From the NCBI GenBank assembly GCA_964035575.1, contig OZ037842.1:1302001-1366000 (forward strand): DNA of 64,000 nucleotides, given 5' to 3'. Positions 1 to 9,238 of this stretch are shown one piece after another (the stretch's first letter is position 1; each line of letters begins with the position of its first letter). The translations under genes were made by a program, and so were the position numbers. Origin of the DNA: Rhynchopus sp. YZ270_cl-10. Its lineage: Eukaryota. Under the pieces are notes generated by a model. The model was not told the origin of the DNA. It saw only the letters and a list, made by a program, of their open reading frames with translations, and searched no databases.

Positions 1-42
1 AAAGTGGTTTTCTCGGGGAAAATTTTTTTTCAACCCCTACAG

Positions 43-396
43 ACTGTACTGTACTGTACTGTACTGTACTGTACTGTACTGTACTGTACTGTACTGTACT
101 GTACTGTACTGTACTGTACTGTACTGTACTGTACTGTACTGTACTGTACTGTACTGTACTGTACTGTACTGTACTGTACTGTACTGTACTGTACTGTACT
201 GTACTGTACTGTACTGTACTGTACTGTACTGTACTGTACTGTACTGTACTGTACTGTACTGTACTGTACTGTACTGTACTGTACTGTACTGTACTGTACT
301 GTACTGTACTGTACTGTACTGTACTGTACTGTACTGTACTGTACTGTACTGTACTGTACTGTACTGTACTGTACTGTACTGTACTGTACTGTACTG
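43..396. repeat. (GTACT)n microsatellite, about 70 perfect copies
   Basis: Direct reading; grades into the 9-mer GTGTATACT at about 397-419. Confidence 0.98.
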
Positions 397-419
397 TGTG
401 TACTGTGTATACTGTGTAT

Positions 420-1107
420 CATACAATGCAACGAGGCCGGGTACGCCTGAAAATACTCATATCTGGAAAACATATCTGAGGCGTACTCGGGATTAGTTAC
501 GTTTAAGTACGCCTCAGGCACGCCTGAGTATATATCAACGCATACTTGCGTTCCAGGCGCCTGGTGTGTATTTATTCCCCGCAAAAAGGGCCTCTGATCC
601 ATTTCCGGAGCGATCTGAAAAAAGTCCGGGGTCGGACAATTTTTTTAGCAAAAAGTGCGTGACTTTAAGTTTGTACCAAAAATCAGGGGAAAGTATACCC
701 GGTTTCATATTTCTGCTGATATATAAAAATTATGCACAGGTCATCACGTTTCTAAGTCATGCCATGTATTTCCCCCGCCCCCTGAAATGTGCTGAAATCA
801 ACTTTCGGTGTCCTGCTGAGAAAATTGCGGGTCGCAAGATATTTTTAGTGGAAAAATATCATGGTTACCAGAGGCACATTTTTCATCGTGCGACCCCGCA
901 TTTGAAAGATTTTGCTACCTCTGAATCGAAACCCACAAAATTTGGGGGGAAATACTTTTTTGTTCATGACAAAAATGCTGGTAAGAAATATACTCAGGCG
1001 TGCCTGAGGCGTACTTAAACGTAACTAATCCCGAGTACGCCTCAGGCACGCCTGAGTATTTATTTTCAGGCCTTGGCGAGACCGACTCGGCCTCGTTGCA
1101 TTGTATG
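420..1107. mobile_element. 688-bp non-autonomous TIR element (CAT..ATG ends) inserted in the GTGTATACT array
   Basis: TIR CATACAATGCAACGAGGCCG (420-439) / CGGCCTCGTTGCATTGTATG (1088-1107); second inverted block 476-533 vs 988-1045; GTGTAT on both flanks (414-419, 1108-1113). Confidence 0.85.
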
Positions 1108-1575
1108 GTGTATACTGTGTATACTGTGTATACTGTGTATACTGTGTATACTGTGTATACTGTGTATACTGTGTATACTGTGTATACTGTGTATACTGTG
1201 TATACTGTGTATACTGTGTATACTGTGTATACTGTGTATACTGTGTATACTGTGTATACTGTGTATACTGTGTATACTGTGTATACTGTGTATACTGTGT
1301 ATACTGTGTATACTGTGTATACTGTGTATACTGTGTATACTGTGTATACTGTGTATACTGTGTATACTGTGTATACTGTGTATACTGTGTATACTGTGTA
1401 TACTGTGTATACTGTGTATACTGTGTATACTGTGTATACTGTGTATACTGTGTATACTGTGTATACTGTGTATACTGTGTATACTGTGTATACTGTGTAT
1501 ACTGTGTATACTGTGTATACTGTGTATACTGTGTATACTGTGTATACTGTGTATACTGTGTATACTGTGTATACT
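1108..1575. repeat. (GTGTATACT)n microsatellite, about 52 copies
   Basis: Direct reading. Confidence 0.98.
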
Positions 1576-1602
1576 CACAATTATCGCATTAATCAATTAT
1601 CG

Positions 1603-1868
1603 CAGTGTGTACAGTGTGTACAGTGTGTACAGTGTGTACAGTGTGTACAGTGTGTACAGTGTGTACAGTGTGTACAGTGTGTACAGTGTGTACAGTGTGT
1701 ACAGTGTGTACAGTGTGTACAGTGTGTACAGTGTGTACAGTGTGTACAGTGTGTACAGTGTGTACAGTGTGTACAGTGTGTACAGTGTGTACAGTGTGTA
1801 CAGTGTGTACAGTGTGTACAGTGTGTACAGTGTGTACAGTGTGTACAGTGTACAGTGTATTGTACAGT
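1603..1868. repeat. (GTGTACAGT)n microsatellite, about 28 copies
   Basis: Direct reading; the ACTGT core is inverted relative to the preceding arrays. Confidence 0.97.
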
Positions 1869-1882
1869 GAATTTTTTCTAGA

Positions 1883-2077
1883 GGTCAACAACTTGGCCAT
1901 TTCTGCAAAATGACCCCACCACTTCCTGGGATTGGCTCAAAAATGCAAATGCCAGCGTTTTCCTTCACATTCCCGCAAACCCGGAAAAAAAAAATAAAAC
2001 AGGGTACCCCCCAGCCTGGTGCATACCACGGGAGACATACGGGCGAACCACGGGGAATTTGGACCGGTGCCACACCA
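1883..2077. mobile_element. Probable right end of a TG..CA DNA element (left end outside the window) that would enclose the microsatellites
   Basis: GCCACACCA at 2069-2077 equals the right terminus of element 12271-13480; about 1883-1960 matches the internal repeat unit of element 38241-39204 (ACTTGGCCATTTC..AAA-TGACCCCACCAC). Confidence 0.5.
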
Positions 2078-2087
2078 TTGTTTTTTT

Positions 2088-2118
<31 letters not shown>

Positions 2119-2342
2119 TTTTGATTTTTTTTTGTTTTTTTATTGTTTTTTTTTTGAAAAGTAAAAAGTATGTTTGAAAGTGTAACACACGTCTTCGTAG
2201 AAGACGGCGTTCCGCACATGTTTTGTCTTCGCAACCGTCAGTTGCGCTGGTCGTGGTGCCGCAGGTACGTCCTGGGCTTGCTTTTTGTTCGTGGTTTTTT
2301 TTTCTCTTTTCTTTATTGTTTCAAGTTTTGGCCGGCGTCTCC

Positions 2343-5300
2343 TCAGCAGGTGTTGCTCCGCACGAGTTCAGGCAGGCTGGCCTCTGTCAGTTTTGCCGCG
2401 CTGATGTACTTCAGGCACAACTGGGGTTGCTCTAGCAGTAAGAACTTGAGCGACTTGTTTGGCAGTAGGTCTGTCCTTAGTGCCTTGGTGGCTGAACACA
2501 CTTTGAACATATGTTTCAGTGTCGCCTTTGCTTTTGCCGTGCAGTTGTTGCAGCGTGCCACGTCGTTGCTGCCCATGTAGTCGAACAGCGCAGGGTGGCG
2601 CTCTGTCCGCAGCAGTCTCATCTGCACTGCTCCCCGCCGCGTGAGCTCCGGTGTGCTCAGCTTGGGTCGCGCCACTCCCTTCGGGGTGTCCGCCGTGATC
2701 GTGCTGTAGAGTTCGCTCGCCGGTTGGGGTGTGTAGCTGGAGCAGACTGCGCGTATCGCCGCTTTGCACGCGAGGAGCGTGAGTGGTTCCTCTTGTAGGC
2801 GGCCTTTTTGTGATGCCCGTTCTGCTTGGTACGTGGCCGTACCTAACTTGGCTTCGTGGTCCGCTTCCTCATTTCCACTCACCCCCACATGTGACGGGAT
2901 GTACTGCATGATCACCCGCACCTTGGTTGTAGCCCGGTGTAGTGCCGACCACACGTCGCAGAGAAGTCCCGTAGCCTTCACCGGACCTGTCTCCAACGCA
3001 CGTAGTGCTGACTGGCTGTCTGTGAGGATTACCACCGTGTTGTGTTTGTGGTCTGTGCGGTGCAGTTCCTCCACCATCGGAAGTGCCTCTCTGATGGCCA
3101 CCAGCTCGGCGGTGTACGATATGCTCATCCGCCCTGCTCCGACGTTGGCTGTCGCTATTTCTTTGTCGCTGTCTCCCGGGTAGACCACAATGCCTGCACC
3201 CCCGTGGCCTCGTCCACCTTCCACCGACCCGTCTGTATAGACGTGAAGGTCCGCTGGTGGCAGCTCTGCGATGGTCTGCTCTGTCAAGCTTCTCGCCTCT
3301 GCGTCCGTCTGCGTGCCCTTCTTGAAGCCAGCCACGTAGGGCCGGATGTCGACCTTGGGGAGGACCTCCTTCCAGCGCCAGGGTGCCACCGGGTAGTGTG
3401 TCTGGGACATCGCTGGTTGGTCGTGGCGGTACATCTTCGTCTGTTCCACTGTGTCCTTCGCCGACCGTAACCAAGTCAGTTTCGTATCGCTTGAATGCAT
3501 TGCACACTCTGCTGGGGTCTCCAGTTGTCGACGTGCACGTTTGTACAGGGCTGCTGCATCGTATTCGACGTGCTCTCGTATCTTCCTCAGGTGAGCTTCC
3601 CAGAGTAGGTCCTCTGCTTTGGTGTAGTAGTTACACCCGGTGATGACCCTCGCCCCCCTTCGGTGGAGTACTTCCAGAGTTTCAAGGCCTGCCTCATTTA
3701 GCGCTGGTCCCCACACCGCCAGTGCATACGTTATGGTCGGGAGCACGTACGTCATGTACACCTGTCTCAGCATGTGGGCATCGCACCCCCAGTCCCGTCC
3801 AGCCATGAGCTGGATCAGAGAAAGTTTTTTGAGGAACTTTGTCTTCACCGCCGCTAGTTGTGGTTGCATCGTCAGCGCGTCATCCAGTTCCACCCCCAGG
3901 TAACGGACCGTCTGCGCACGGTTCACCACTGCTCCGTCTGCGTACTTCACTTCGCACTTAGCTTTTCTGATGTCGGCACGATCGCCCTTCTCGGTCACTG
4001 GCATCACGAAGGTTTTCCTGCGGGATATCGTGAATCCAAGTTTGGGGAGGTGTTCCTCTAGCAGTGTAAGGACCTTCTGTATCGCCGCTGTTGCTTCCTC
4101 CAGTGTGCGCTCCGTACACATGATGGCCAGGTCGTCAGCGAAGATGCAGAAGTGGGCCGTCGTTCCTTCCAGGATCTCTGCCACCTCCGTCATCACCAGA
4201 TTGAACAGCAGTGGTGAGAGCACTGTGCCCTGGGGAACACCCTCCCGCATCACGTATTCCTCGCTCCGTGTTCCTTCCACCGTTGTCCTTGCCGTTCTGT
4301 GCTTCAGGTAATCCGTGAGCCACCTGATGTATCGCTCTGGTACCTGGTGTTGGTGGAGCCTTTCCGGAATTTTCCCCCGTTTAACCTTGTCGTAGGCCTT
4401 GTCGAGGTCCAGCGTCAGAATGATGGGGACTTCTTTCTTCGCTGCGGAGTCCTTAGCCAGCTGCGTGATGTAGGCCAAGTTGTCCACGGCGGAACGGAAG
4501 CGTCTGAATCCTGTCTGTTTGGGATGTAGGTTCTGTGTGGCCTCGTTTGGGTCTTCCATCAGCTGGAGCAGTCTGTTCGCTAGCACGTGTTCCATCACCT
4601 TACTCACGGTACTCGTCAGGGCTATCGGCCGGTAGGATTCGAGGTCTTCCTCTGGCTTCCCTTGTTTGTGGATAGGGAAAAGTATGGCCTTCTTCCATTC
4701 TTTGGGTAGTTGCCCCTGCTTCCACGAGAGGTTCATCACATGTAGAAGCCCTTTTTTTGCGGCGGGTCCGAGGTGCATCAACATCTCGTTGTGTATCCCA
4801 TCCGCTCCAGGTGACTTTCCTGCTTCTAGGACGTTCAGTGCGGCGTCCAGCTCCTCCAGTGTCAGGGGTGCTTCAGCTCCTTGGGATCCTGCCGTAGTTT
4901 GCTGCTCCGCATCCGGTAGGCCTGTGCCGTCACTCACGCTGCAGTAGTGCTCCCCCAGTGCGTCCGCCTTCTCCTTGTTGGTGGAGAGCTGTTGTTTTTC
5001 CTGTTGTCCCTCTTTTTTCACTTTTATGGGGTACGACTGCGCCTTGTCCGCCCGTCCGTCCAACTCGCGCAGCAGCCTGAAGGCCCCGGAGGTTGCTACT
5101 GCCTTGGTGCACTTGTCCTCCCACACCTCTCTCTTCGCCTTCCGTATCGCATTGGCCGTCTGCCGCCGGAGTTCCGTGAGTGCGTCCCCGTCGGCCACGG
5201 TCAGGGTCTCCTCCTTCTGCTGTCTGCGGAGTTCTCTGTCTCGTTGCTTCTGGGCCTTCTTCACCGCACCGTTGCACCAGCGTCGCTTCTTCTTCCTTGC

Positions 5301-6434
5301 CTTGCCTCTGGGTATGTGCCTCCTCGCGATGTTCTTCACCATCCCTGCCCACTTGGCTGCTGCGGTGCTGATCGAGCCCCACTTCATTGCGTCTGGCGAA
5401 CTGCGCTCCATCTCCTTGGTGAAGCCTGCCCAGTTCGCCTTCTTCCAGTTCCACAGCTCTTTTTTGAGTTTCACCTCAGGATGTGTTGGAGGTGTTTGGG
5501 CGTTCGCTTGCACTTCAAACTCTATCGGCAGGTGGTCGGAGTTGAGCGTTTCCCGTGTTTGCCATATGGGGTCGGCCCAGTCTCTGTCTGCGAAGACCAC
5601 ATCTGGTGACGTTTTGGTACCGCGCTGGATCCGCGTTGCTTCCTTCTTGTTCCAGCATCGCATGTTGTTCCCCAACGCCCAGTCGTGTAGGTCAGTTCCC
5701 GTTTGGTTGGGGATTTTCGCCTGACTCCACGCCTGGTGATGTGCGTTGATGTCCCCTGCGATCACGCAGCCCTCTCCCGTTGGCAGATCCTGCGTTGCGA
5801 AGTCATCCTCTCTCTGGTCCCCCTTCTGTAGACCCACCCCGCTCGGCCGGTACACATTCGTGAAGAGCACGCCCTCCACAATCACATCCAGCCTCTCTGT
5901 GGTCTCCCACGCTTCGAAGGGTTGTTCTGTCGCACGCAAGTTCTTCTTCACCAGTGTCGCAATCCCTCCCCCATGCGTCTCGCTGGTGTCTTTTTTTCGA
6001 GCTACCGTTCGCACCCGCAGGAAAGTCCTGTACCCGTCAAAGTTCAGCTTGCCCGTTTGCGCCGCCATGAGTTCTTGGAGGTGTACTACATCGTACTTCT
6101 CCTTCTCCAGGACCTGCTTCAGCTCCCCTTTCTTCGGGCCCGTCAGCCCCCCCGCATTCCAACTCATGCAGCGAAGGGTTCTTGGTTTTGGTCCTTGCTC
6201 TGGTTCTGGCTCTGGTCCTGGCTCAGGCTCGATGCCGTCCTCTAGCAGTTGGTTGCTCTTGATGGTGGAGGAGGTCTTGTCGAGTGTGGGGTCGGTGTTC
6301 GGTCGACCTGAGTGGTGTTGATGAGTCATCCTTGGGTGTGCGTGGGTCTTCCACTTGTACGGAAGCAAAAAAGGCAGTAGCAGCAGCAGCACACTATCCA
6401 GCATTAACCACACCAACAGCAACACCAGACACAA
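2343..6434 (-). CDS. Retrotransposon ORF2: AP endonuclease, reverse transcriptase, RNase H, C-terminal Cys/His motif
   Basis: APE motifs SWNAGGL, LQE, GDINAHH, DVVF, SDHLPI; RT motifs KSPGADG, YRPIAL, LDLDKAYD, GVPQGTVLSPLLF, FADD, YLGV; RNase H motifs YTDGS, AELVAI, TDSQSAL, SHVGVSGNEEAD; CNNC..H..C. True start uncertain. Confidence 0.96.
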   Translation of the reverse strand: MCLVLLLVWLMLDSVLLLLLPFLLPYKWKTHAHPRMTHQHHSGRPNTDPTLDKTSSTIKSNQLLEDGIEPEPGPEPEPEQGPKPRTLRCMSWNAGGLTGPKKGELKQVLEKEKYDVVHLQELMAAQTGKLNFDGYRTFLRVRTVARKKDTSETHGGGIATLVKKNLRATEQPFEAWETTERLDVIVEGVLFTNVYRPSGVGLQKGDQREDDFATQDLPTGEGCVIAGDINAHHQAWSQAKIPNQTGTDLHDWALGNNMRCWNKKEATRIQRGTKTSPDVVFADRDWADPIWQTRETLNSDHLPIEFEVQANAQTPPTHPEVKLKKELWNWKKANWAGFTKEMERSSPDAMKWGSISTAAAKWAGMVKNIARRHIPRGKARKKKRRWCNGAVKKAQKQRDRELRRQQKEETLTVADGDALTELRRQTANAIRKAKREVWEDKCTKAVATSGAFRLLRELDGRADKAQSYPIKVKKEGQQEKQQLSTNKEKADALGEHYCSVSDGTGLPDAEQQTTAGSQGAEAPLTLEELDAALNVLEAGKSPGADGIHNEMLMHLGPAAKKGLLHVMNLSWKQGQLPKEWKKAILFPIHKQGKPEEDLESYRPIALTSTVSKVMEHVLANRLLQLMEDPNEATQNLHPKQTGFRRFRSAVDNLAYITQLAKDSAAKKEVPIILTLDLDKAYDKVKRGKIPERLHQHQVPERYIRWLTDYLKHRTARTTVEGTRSEEYVMREGVPQGTVLSPLLFNLVMTEVAEILEGTTAHFCIFADDLAIMCTERTLEEATAAIQKVLTLLEEHLPKLGFTISRRKTFVMPVTEKGDRADIRKAKCEVKYADGAVVNRAQTVRYLGVELDDALTMQPQLAAVKTKFLKKLSLIQLMAGRDWGCDAHMLRQVYMTYVLPTITYALAVWGPALNEAGLETLEVLHRRGARVITGCNYYTKAEDLLWEAHLRKIREHVEYDAAALYKRARRQLETPAECAMHSSDTKLTWLRSAKDTVEQTKMYRHDQPAMSQTHYPVAPWRWKEVLPKVDIRPYVAGFKKGTQTDAEARSLTEQTIAELPPADLHVYTDGSVEGGRGHGGAGIVVYPGDSDKEIATANVGAGRMSISYTAELVAIREALPMVEELHRTDHKHNTVVILTDSQSALRALETGPVKATGLLCDVWSALHRATTKVRVIMQYIPSHVGVSGNEEADHEAKLGTATYQAERASQKGRLQEEPLTLLACKAAIRAVCSSYTPQPASELYSTITADTPKGVARPKLSTPELTRRGAVQMRLLRTERHPALFDYMGSNDVARCNNCTAKAKATLKHMFKVCSATKALRTDLLPNKSLKFLLLEQPQLCLKYISAAKLTEASLPELVRSNTC

Positions 6435-6437
6435 CAG

Positions 6438-8495
6438 TCAGTACCGCATGCTGCGGCGCTTCTCTTTCTCTTTCCTTGGCGAGGGGGAGGGCGTCGTCGC
6501 TAAGATCCGTCGTGTGTTCTTGGGGGTGGCACGGTCACGTTCGTCCCGCTCCGCTCTCTTCCCCCTGTTCAGCTGCTTGGGTGGCGTCAAGCCCATGCGG
6601 AGGCGGCGTTCTTCTGCGTGGAGGACGTCCCTCGCACGTTTCAGCTGGCGTTCCTCCTCCTGGCGCACCAGTGCTGCCGCTGTCGCGAGATCCATCTCCT
6701 CCTCTCGCTCTGTTTCCCGCTTTTTTTTTTTAAAAGCCTCGTAAGAGGCTTCGGCCTCTTGCAGCACTGTCTCCGTCGCCAGCCGTTTCGCTTCTGCTGA
6801 GGCGAATGCGTTCCTCCTCTTCTCCTCGGCCAACTCCTCCTGGCGTGTCTTCTTCAGGATTTCGTTATACTCCTGCCACTGTGCTTCTTCGCGTGCCTTC
6901 GCTTCTGCCCTCTCCGCCTCTGCAGTGTCGAATTCACGGCGGCGGTCCGTCTCTTCCTGCCGCCTCTGTGCCTGCAGCCGTTCTTCTGCTTCTTCTCTCT
7001 GTTCGCGTTGCTGTTGTTGTTGCCTCTGCTGTTGTTGCTGCCGCTGCTGCTGTTGTTGCTGCTGTTGCTTCCGCTCCTGTGTTTGCGTGGGTTCCTTCTT
7101 CGCCTTCGTCTCCTTCTTCGGCGGTGCCGTCACCTTCACCTCCTCATCGATTTGCATCTCGCCTTCTCCTTCTTCTTCTTCTTCTTCCGGTTCGGTGCGT
7201 CGCTGTTGTAGCTTTAGGTCGCGCATCTCCGTCATCAGCTGGTCCAGCTGGCTCGCCATGTGTTGCAGCGTCTGCTGCATCTCGTCCTTCTCTGCCCGCA
7301 GTGCATCTTCTCTCTCCTTCGCCTCCAGGAGTTCCCGACGCATCTTCTCCACCTCGGCGTCCTGTGCGGGGTCTGCCACGTAGGGCTTGGGCACGTAGTC
7401 CTGCTGTGCCGCCCTTCCTTCCTCTTTTCCTTTTCCTTTTTTATTTGCGGCGTCAAACAGCCACCCTTCTTTGGTACGGTCGTACCGACGGAAGGTCAGC
7501 ACGTCCTCCCCCACCACTACCGGCTTCAGCGTCCCCGGCGGTGCGCCCCGGACGAGAAGCACCCTGTGCGTGCCGTGCTTGCCGGTCCTCACCAACTCCG
7601 GCTCCCACGCGTGCTGCTCGCTCAGGATTGCCCGCACTCCGTTCTTCGACAGCGAGAGAGGCAGCCCGTCCACCACCCACATCTCTGCCCAGAGGTTCGT
7701 CTTCCCCTGCTCGCCCAACACCTTGCTGGCCTGCTCCTGTGTGGTGCCTTCCGGAACCGCGACGCCGAGTCCGCCCCGCGACAGCAGCACCACTCGCCCG
7801 CTCAGCTCGGTGGCCTGGTTCCGCGCCGTCTCCAGGTTCACTGTGCTCGGTAGCGGCGTCACCCGGTCGCCACCCCGTCCCGACCCGTTGGTGAAGAACG
7901 GCCTGGCGAAGAAGCCGTCATCGCCGCTTCCTGCCAGCACGTCCTTCACCTGCGCGCCGTCTACTCCAATCTTAAAAGCCGCCGTCTTTGCGGCTGGCTT
8001 CCCCTTCTTCGCCTTCAGCTCCACGGCGGTCTGCACCTCGCCTCCGTGTGCCTTCACCCATGCACATGCTGCGGCACGGGTCACGCTGTTGCGGCTTTCC
8101 ACCACAACGTATTTGGTTTGGGGCAATGCCCCCTGGTGCTGCTTTGCATCCGCCGTCTTGTGCACCGCCTGTACGGTGCTGACTGAGCACAGGAACCGGC
8201 GCTCCGTCCTCATCTCCTCCCCCCGCACCGTCACGAGGGAGATCAGTGGGGCCGCCAACCCCTGTGGTTTGTCGGCCGGGGCTACGAGTACCCCTGCCGT
8301 GTGCGCGTGCTGCGGCTTCTGCAGCGCTTCCTGCACTTCCTTACGGCTGCACCACAGGATGCCTCCGTTTTTCTTAAAATCAGCCAAGTTGGCTGCGAGT
8401 CGGCTGTCTGGAAAGTCCTCAGCCCGGGGTCTCCACATCGCCCCTGCCACCTCTTCGTCAGCCTTCTTCATCGTCTGCTGTCCAGAGGACCCCAT
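6438..8495 (-). CDS. Retrotransposon ORF1 (globular N-terminal half; coiled-coil, poly-Q, charged C-terminal half)
   Basis: 685-aa ATG-initiated ORF starting 80 nt downstream of the SL and lying directly upstream of ORF2. Confidence 0.85.
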   Translation of the reverse strand: MGSSGQQTMKKADEEVAGAMWRPRAEDFPDSRLAANLADFKKNGGILWCSRKEVQEALQKPQHAHTAGVLVAPADKPQGLAAPLISLVTVRGEEMRTERRFLCSVSTVQAVHKTADAKQHQGALPQTKYVVVESRNSVTRAAACAWVKAHGGEVQTAVELKAKKGKPAAKTAAFKIGVDGAQVKDVLAGSGDDGFFARPFFTNGSGRGGDRVTPLPSTVNLETARNQATELSGRVVLLSRGGLGVAVPEGTTQEQASKVLGEQGKTNLWAEMWVVDGLPLSLSKNGVRAILSEQHAWEPELVRTGKHGTHRVLLVRGAPPGTLKPVVVGEDVLTFRRYDRTKEGWLFDAANKKGKGKEEGRAAQQDYVPKPYVADPAQDAEVEKMRRELLEAKEREDALRAEKDEMQQTLQHMASQLDQLMTEMRDLKLQQRRTEPEEEEEEGEGEMQIDEEVKVTAPPKKETKAKKEPTQTQERKQQQQQQQQRQQQQQRQQQQQREQREEAEERLQAQRRQEETDRRREFDTAEAERAEAKAREEAQWQEYNEILKKTRQEELAEEKRRNAFASAEAKRLATETVLQEAEASYEAFKKKKRETEREEEMDLATAAALVRQEEERQLKRARDVLHAEERRLRMGLTPPKQLNRGKRAERDERDRATPKNTRRILATTPSPSPRKEKEKRRSMRY

Positions 8496-8575
8496 CGTGG
8501 AGGGGGGTGGCTTATTTGGGGGGAGGGGGGGAGCAGTTGGGATGTGCTCAGGGTTAATTCTTGATTCACTGTGTC

Positions 8576-8614
8576 CAATGAAGTACAGAAACTGTAGCTT
8601 TAGAAATCGTTAGG
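8576..8614 (-). other. Genomic copy of a 39-nt spliced-leader exon
   Basis: Minus strand reads CCTAACGATTTCTAAAGCTACAGTTTCTGTACTTCATTG, containing the euglenozoan SL core ACAGTTTCTGTACT..ATTG. It is followed by GACACAG, not by a GT donor, so it is not an SL RNA gene. Confidence 0.92.
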
Positions 8615-8654
8615 CTTTGTTTTGTGTCGTCGTGCATTATCATATTCTAGTCTA

Positions 8655-8865
8655 ATAAAAACTGGTATCTGAGTTTAAGCCAGTCTGGTAAAGAAAGAAA
8701 CGAAATCAGAAAAATAATTTTTCGTTGATCGCGGATTTTTGTGGAGTGTAGGGACAAAATCAATTTTTTTTTCTGTGAATAAGTTGTCTCGTGTTTACCT
8801 CGCTCTCACGAAAAATTCGGGCTCACTCAAATACGTTTTCATTTCCTCCCCTTCACCTTTGCAAA
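8655..8865. repeat. Dispersed repeat of about 210 bp (inverted copy at about 58580-58800)
   Basis: AAAGAAAGAAACGAAATCAGAAAA..GTGTAGGGACAAAATCAA..TTTTCATTTCCTCCCCT matches the reverse complement of 58580-58800. Confidence 0.85.
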
Positions 8866-8880
8866 TCACAATAGTGTGCC

Positions 8881-9020
8881 TTGAACTGAAATATGCGGGT
8901 GCGCTGCACTGACCGCTGTCAGTTCCTGCATGGAGACCACTTAGACTTCTCTCTTTTCTGCAATGAGAGAGGTCGTCACCTTCGACTTTGACTGTTCAAA
9001 AAACAAAGCGTCTACCCCCA
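8881..9020. repeat. Dispersed repeat of about 140 bp (direct copy at about 18106-18250)
   Basis: TTGAACTGAAAT..CAGTTCCTGCATGG..TAGACTTCTCT..TCACCTTCGA..AAAAACAAAGCGT is shared. Confidence 0.8.
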
Positions 9021-9238
9021 CTTCTTTTACATAACTAAGGAATATCCTAACATTCTCCAACCACCCCCGCTCCTTTATCACGCATACCTATTCTCTCCAG
9101 GCCTCCGATTGTGAGGCAATCTATGCTTTACTCACACGAAAGCTTCCGTTTTATTTATATCACTCTCTTCTCAATATTTTGCACCTCTTGCACACTTGTC
9201 ACATCTGCACAGAGCTCTCAGAAGCAACACATAAAACA

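Larger units (their letters stand above)
2078..8615 (-). mobile_element. Full-length non-LTR retrotransposon (APE-RT-RNase H, Ingi/I-group-like) with SL at the 5' end and an A-rich tail
   Basis: Two intact ORFs; A-rich tail at about 2078-2156 (T-run on +); 3'UTR hairpin at 2190-2206; SL at 8576-8614. No TSD visible. Confidence 0.93.

Noticed and set aside
43..396. Telomeric repeat
   Set aside because: Not TTAGGG-like, internal, and the unit varies between arrays.
4..1913. Long repetitive ORFs (TVLYC, YTV, CVQ and similar; also 12447-13664)
   Set aside because: Translations of stop-free microsatellites, open in nearly all frames.
2060..2160. TSD for the LINE
   Set aside because: No convincing match between the tail flank and 8616 onward; the tail abuts another element end, which may have displaced it.
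6806..8613. Plus-strand ORFs overlapping the LINE, and antisense ORFs over host genes (for example 27164-28258, 39945-41291)
   Set aside because: Shadow ORFs of GC-rich coding sequence with no recognisable domains.
8576..8614. Functional SL RNA gene
   Set aside because: No GT donor or SL intron follows the exon; it joins the retrotransposon 5'UTR.
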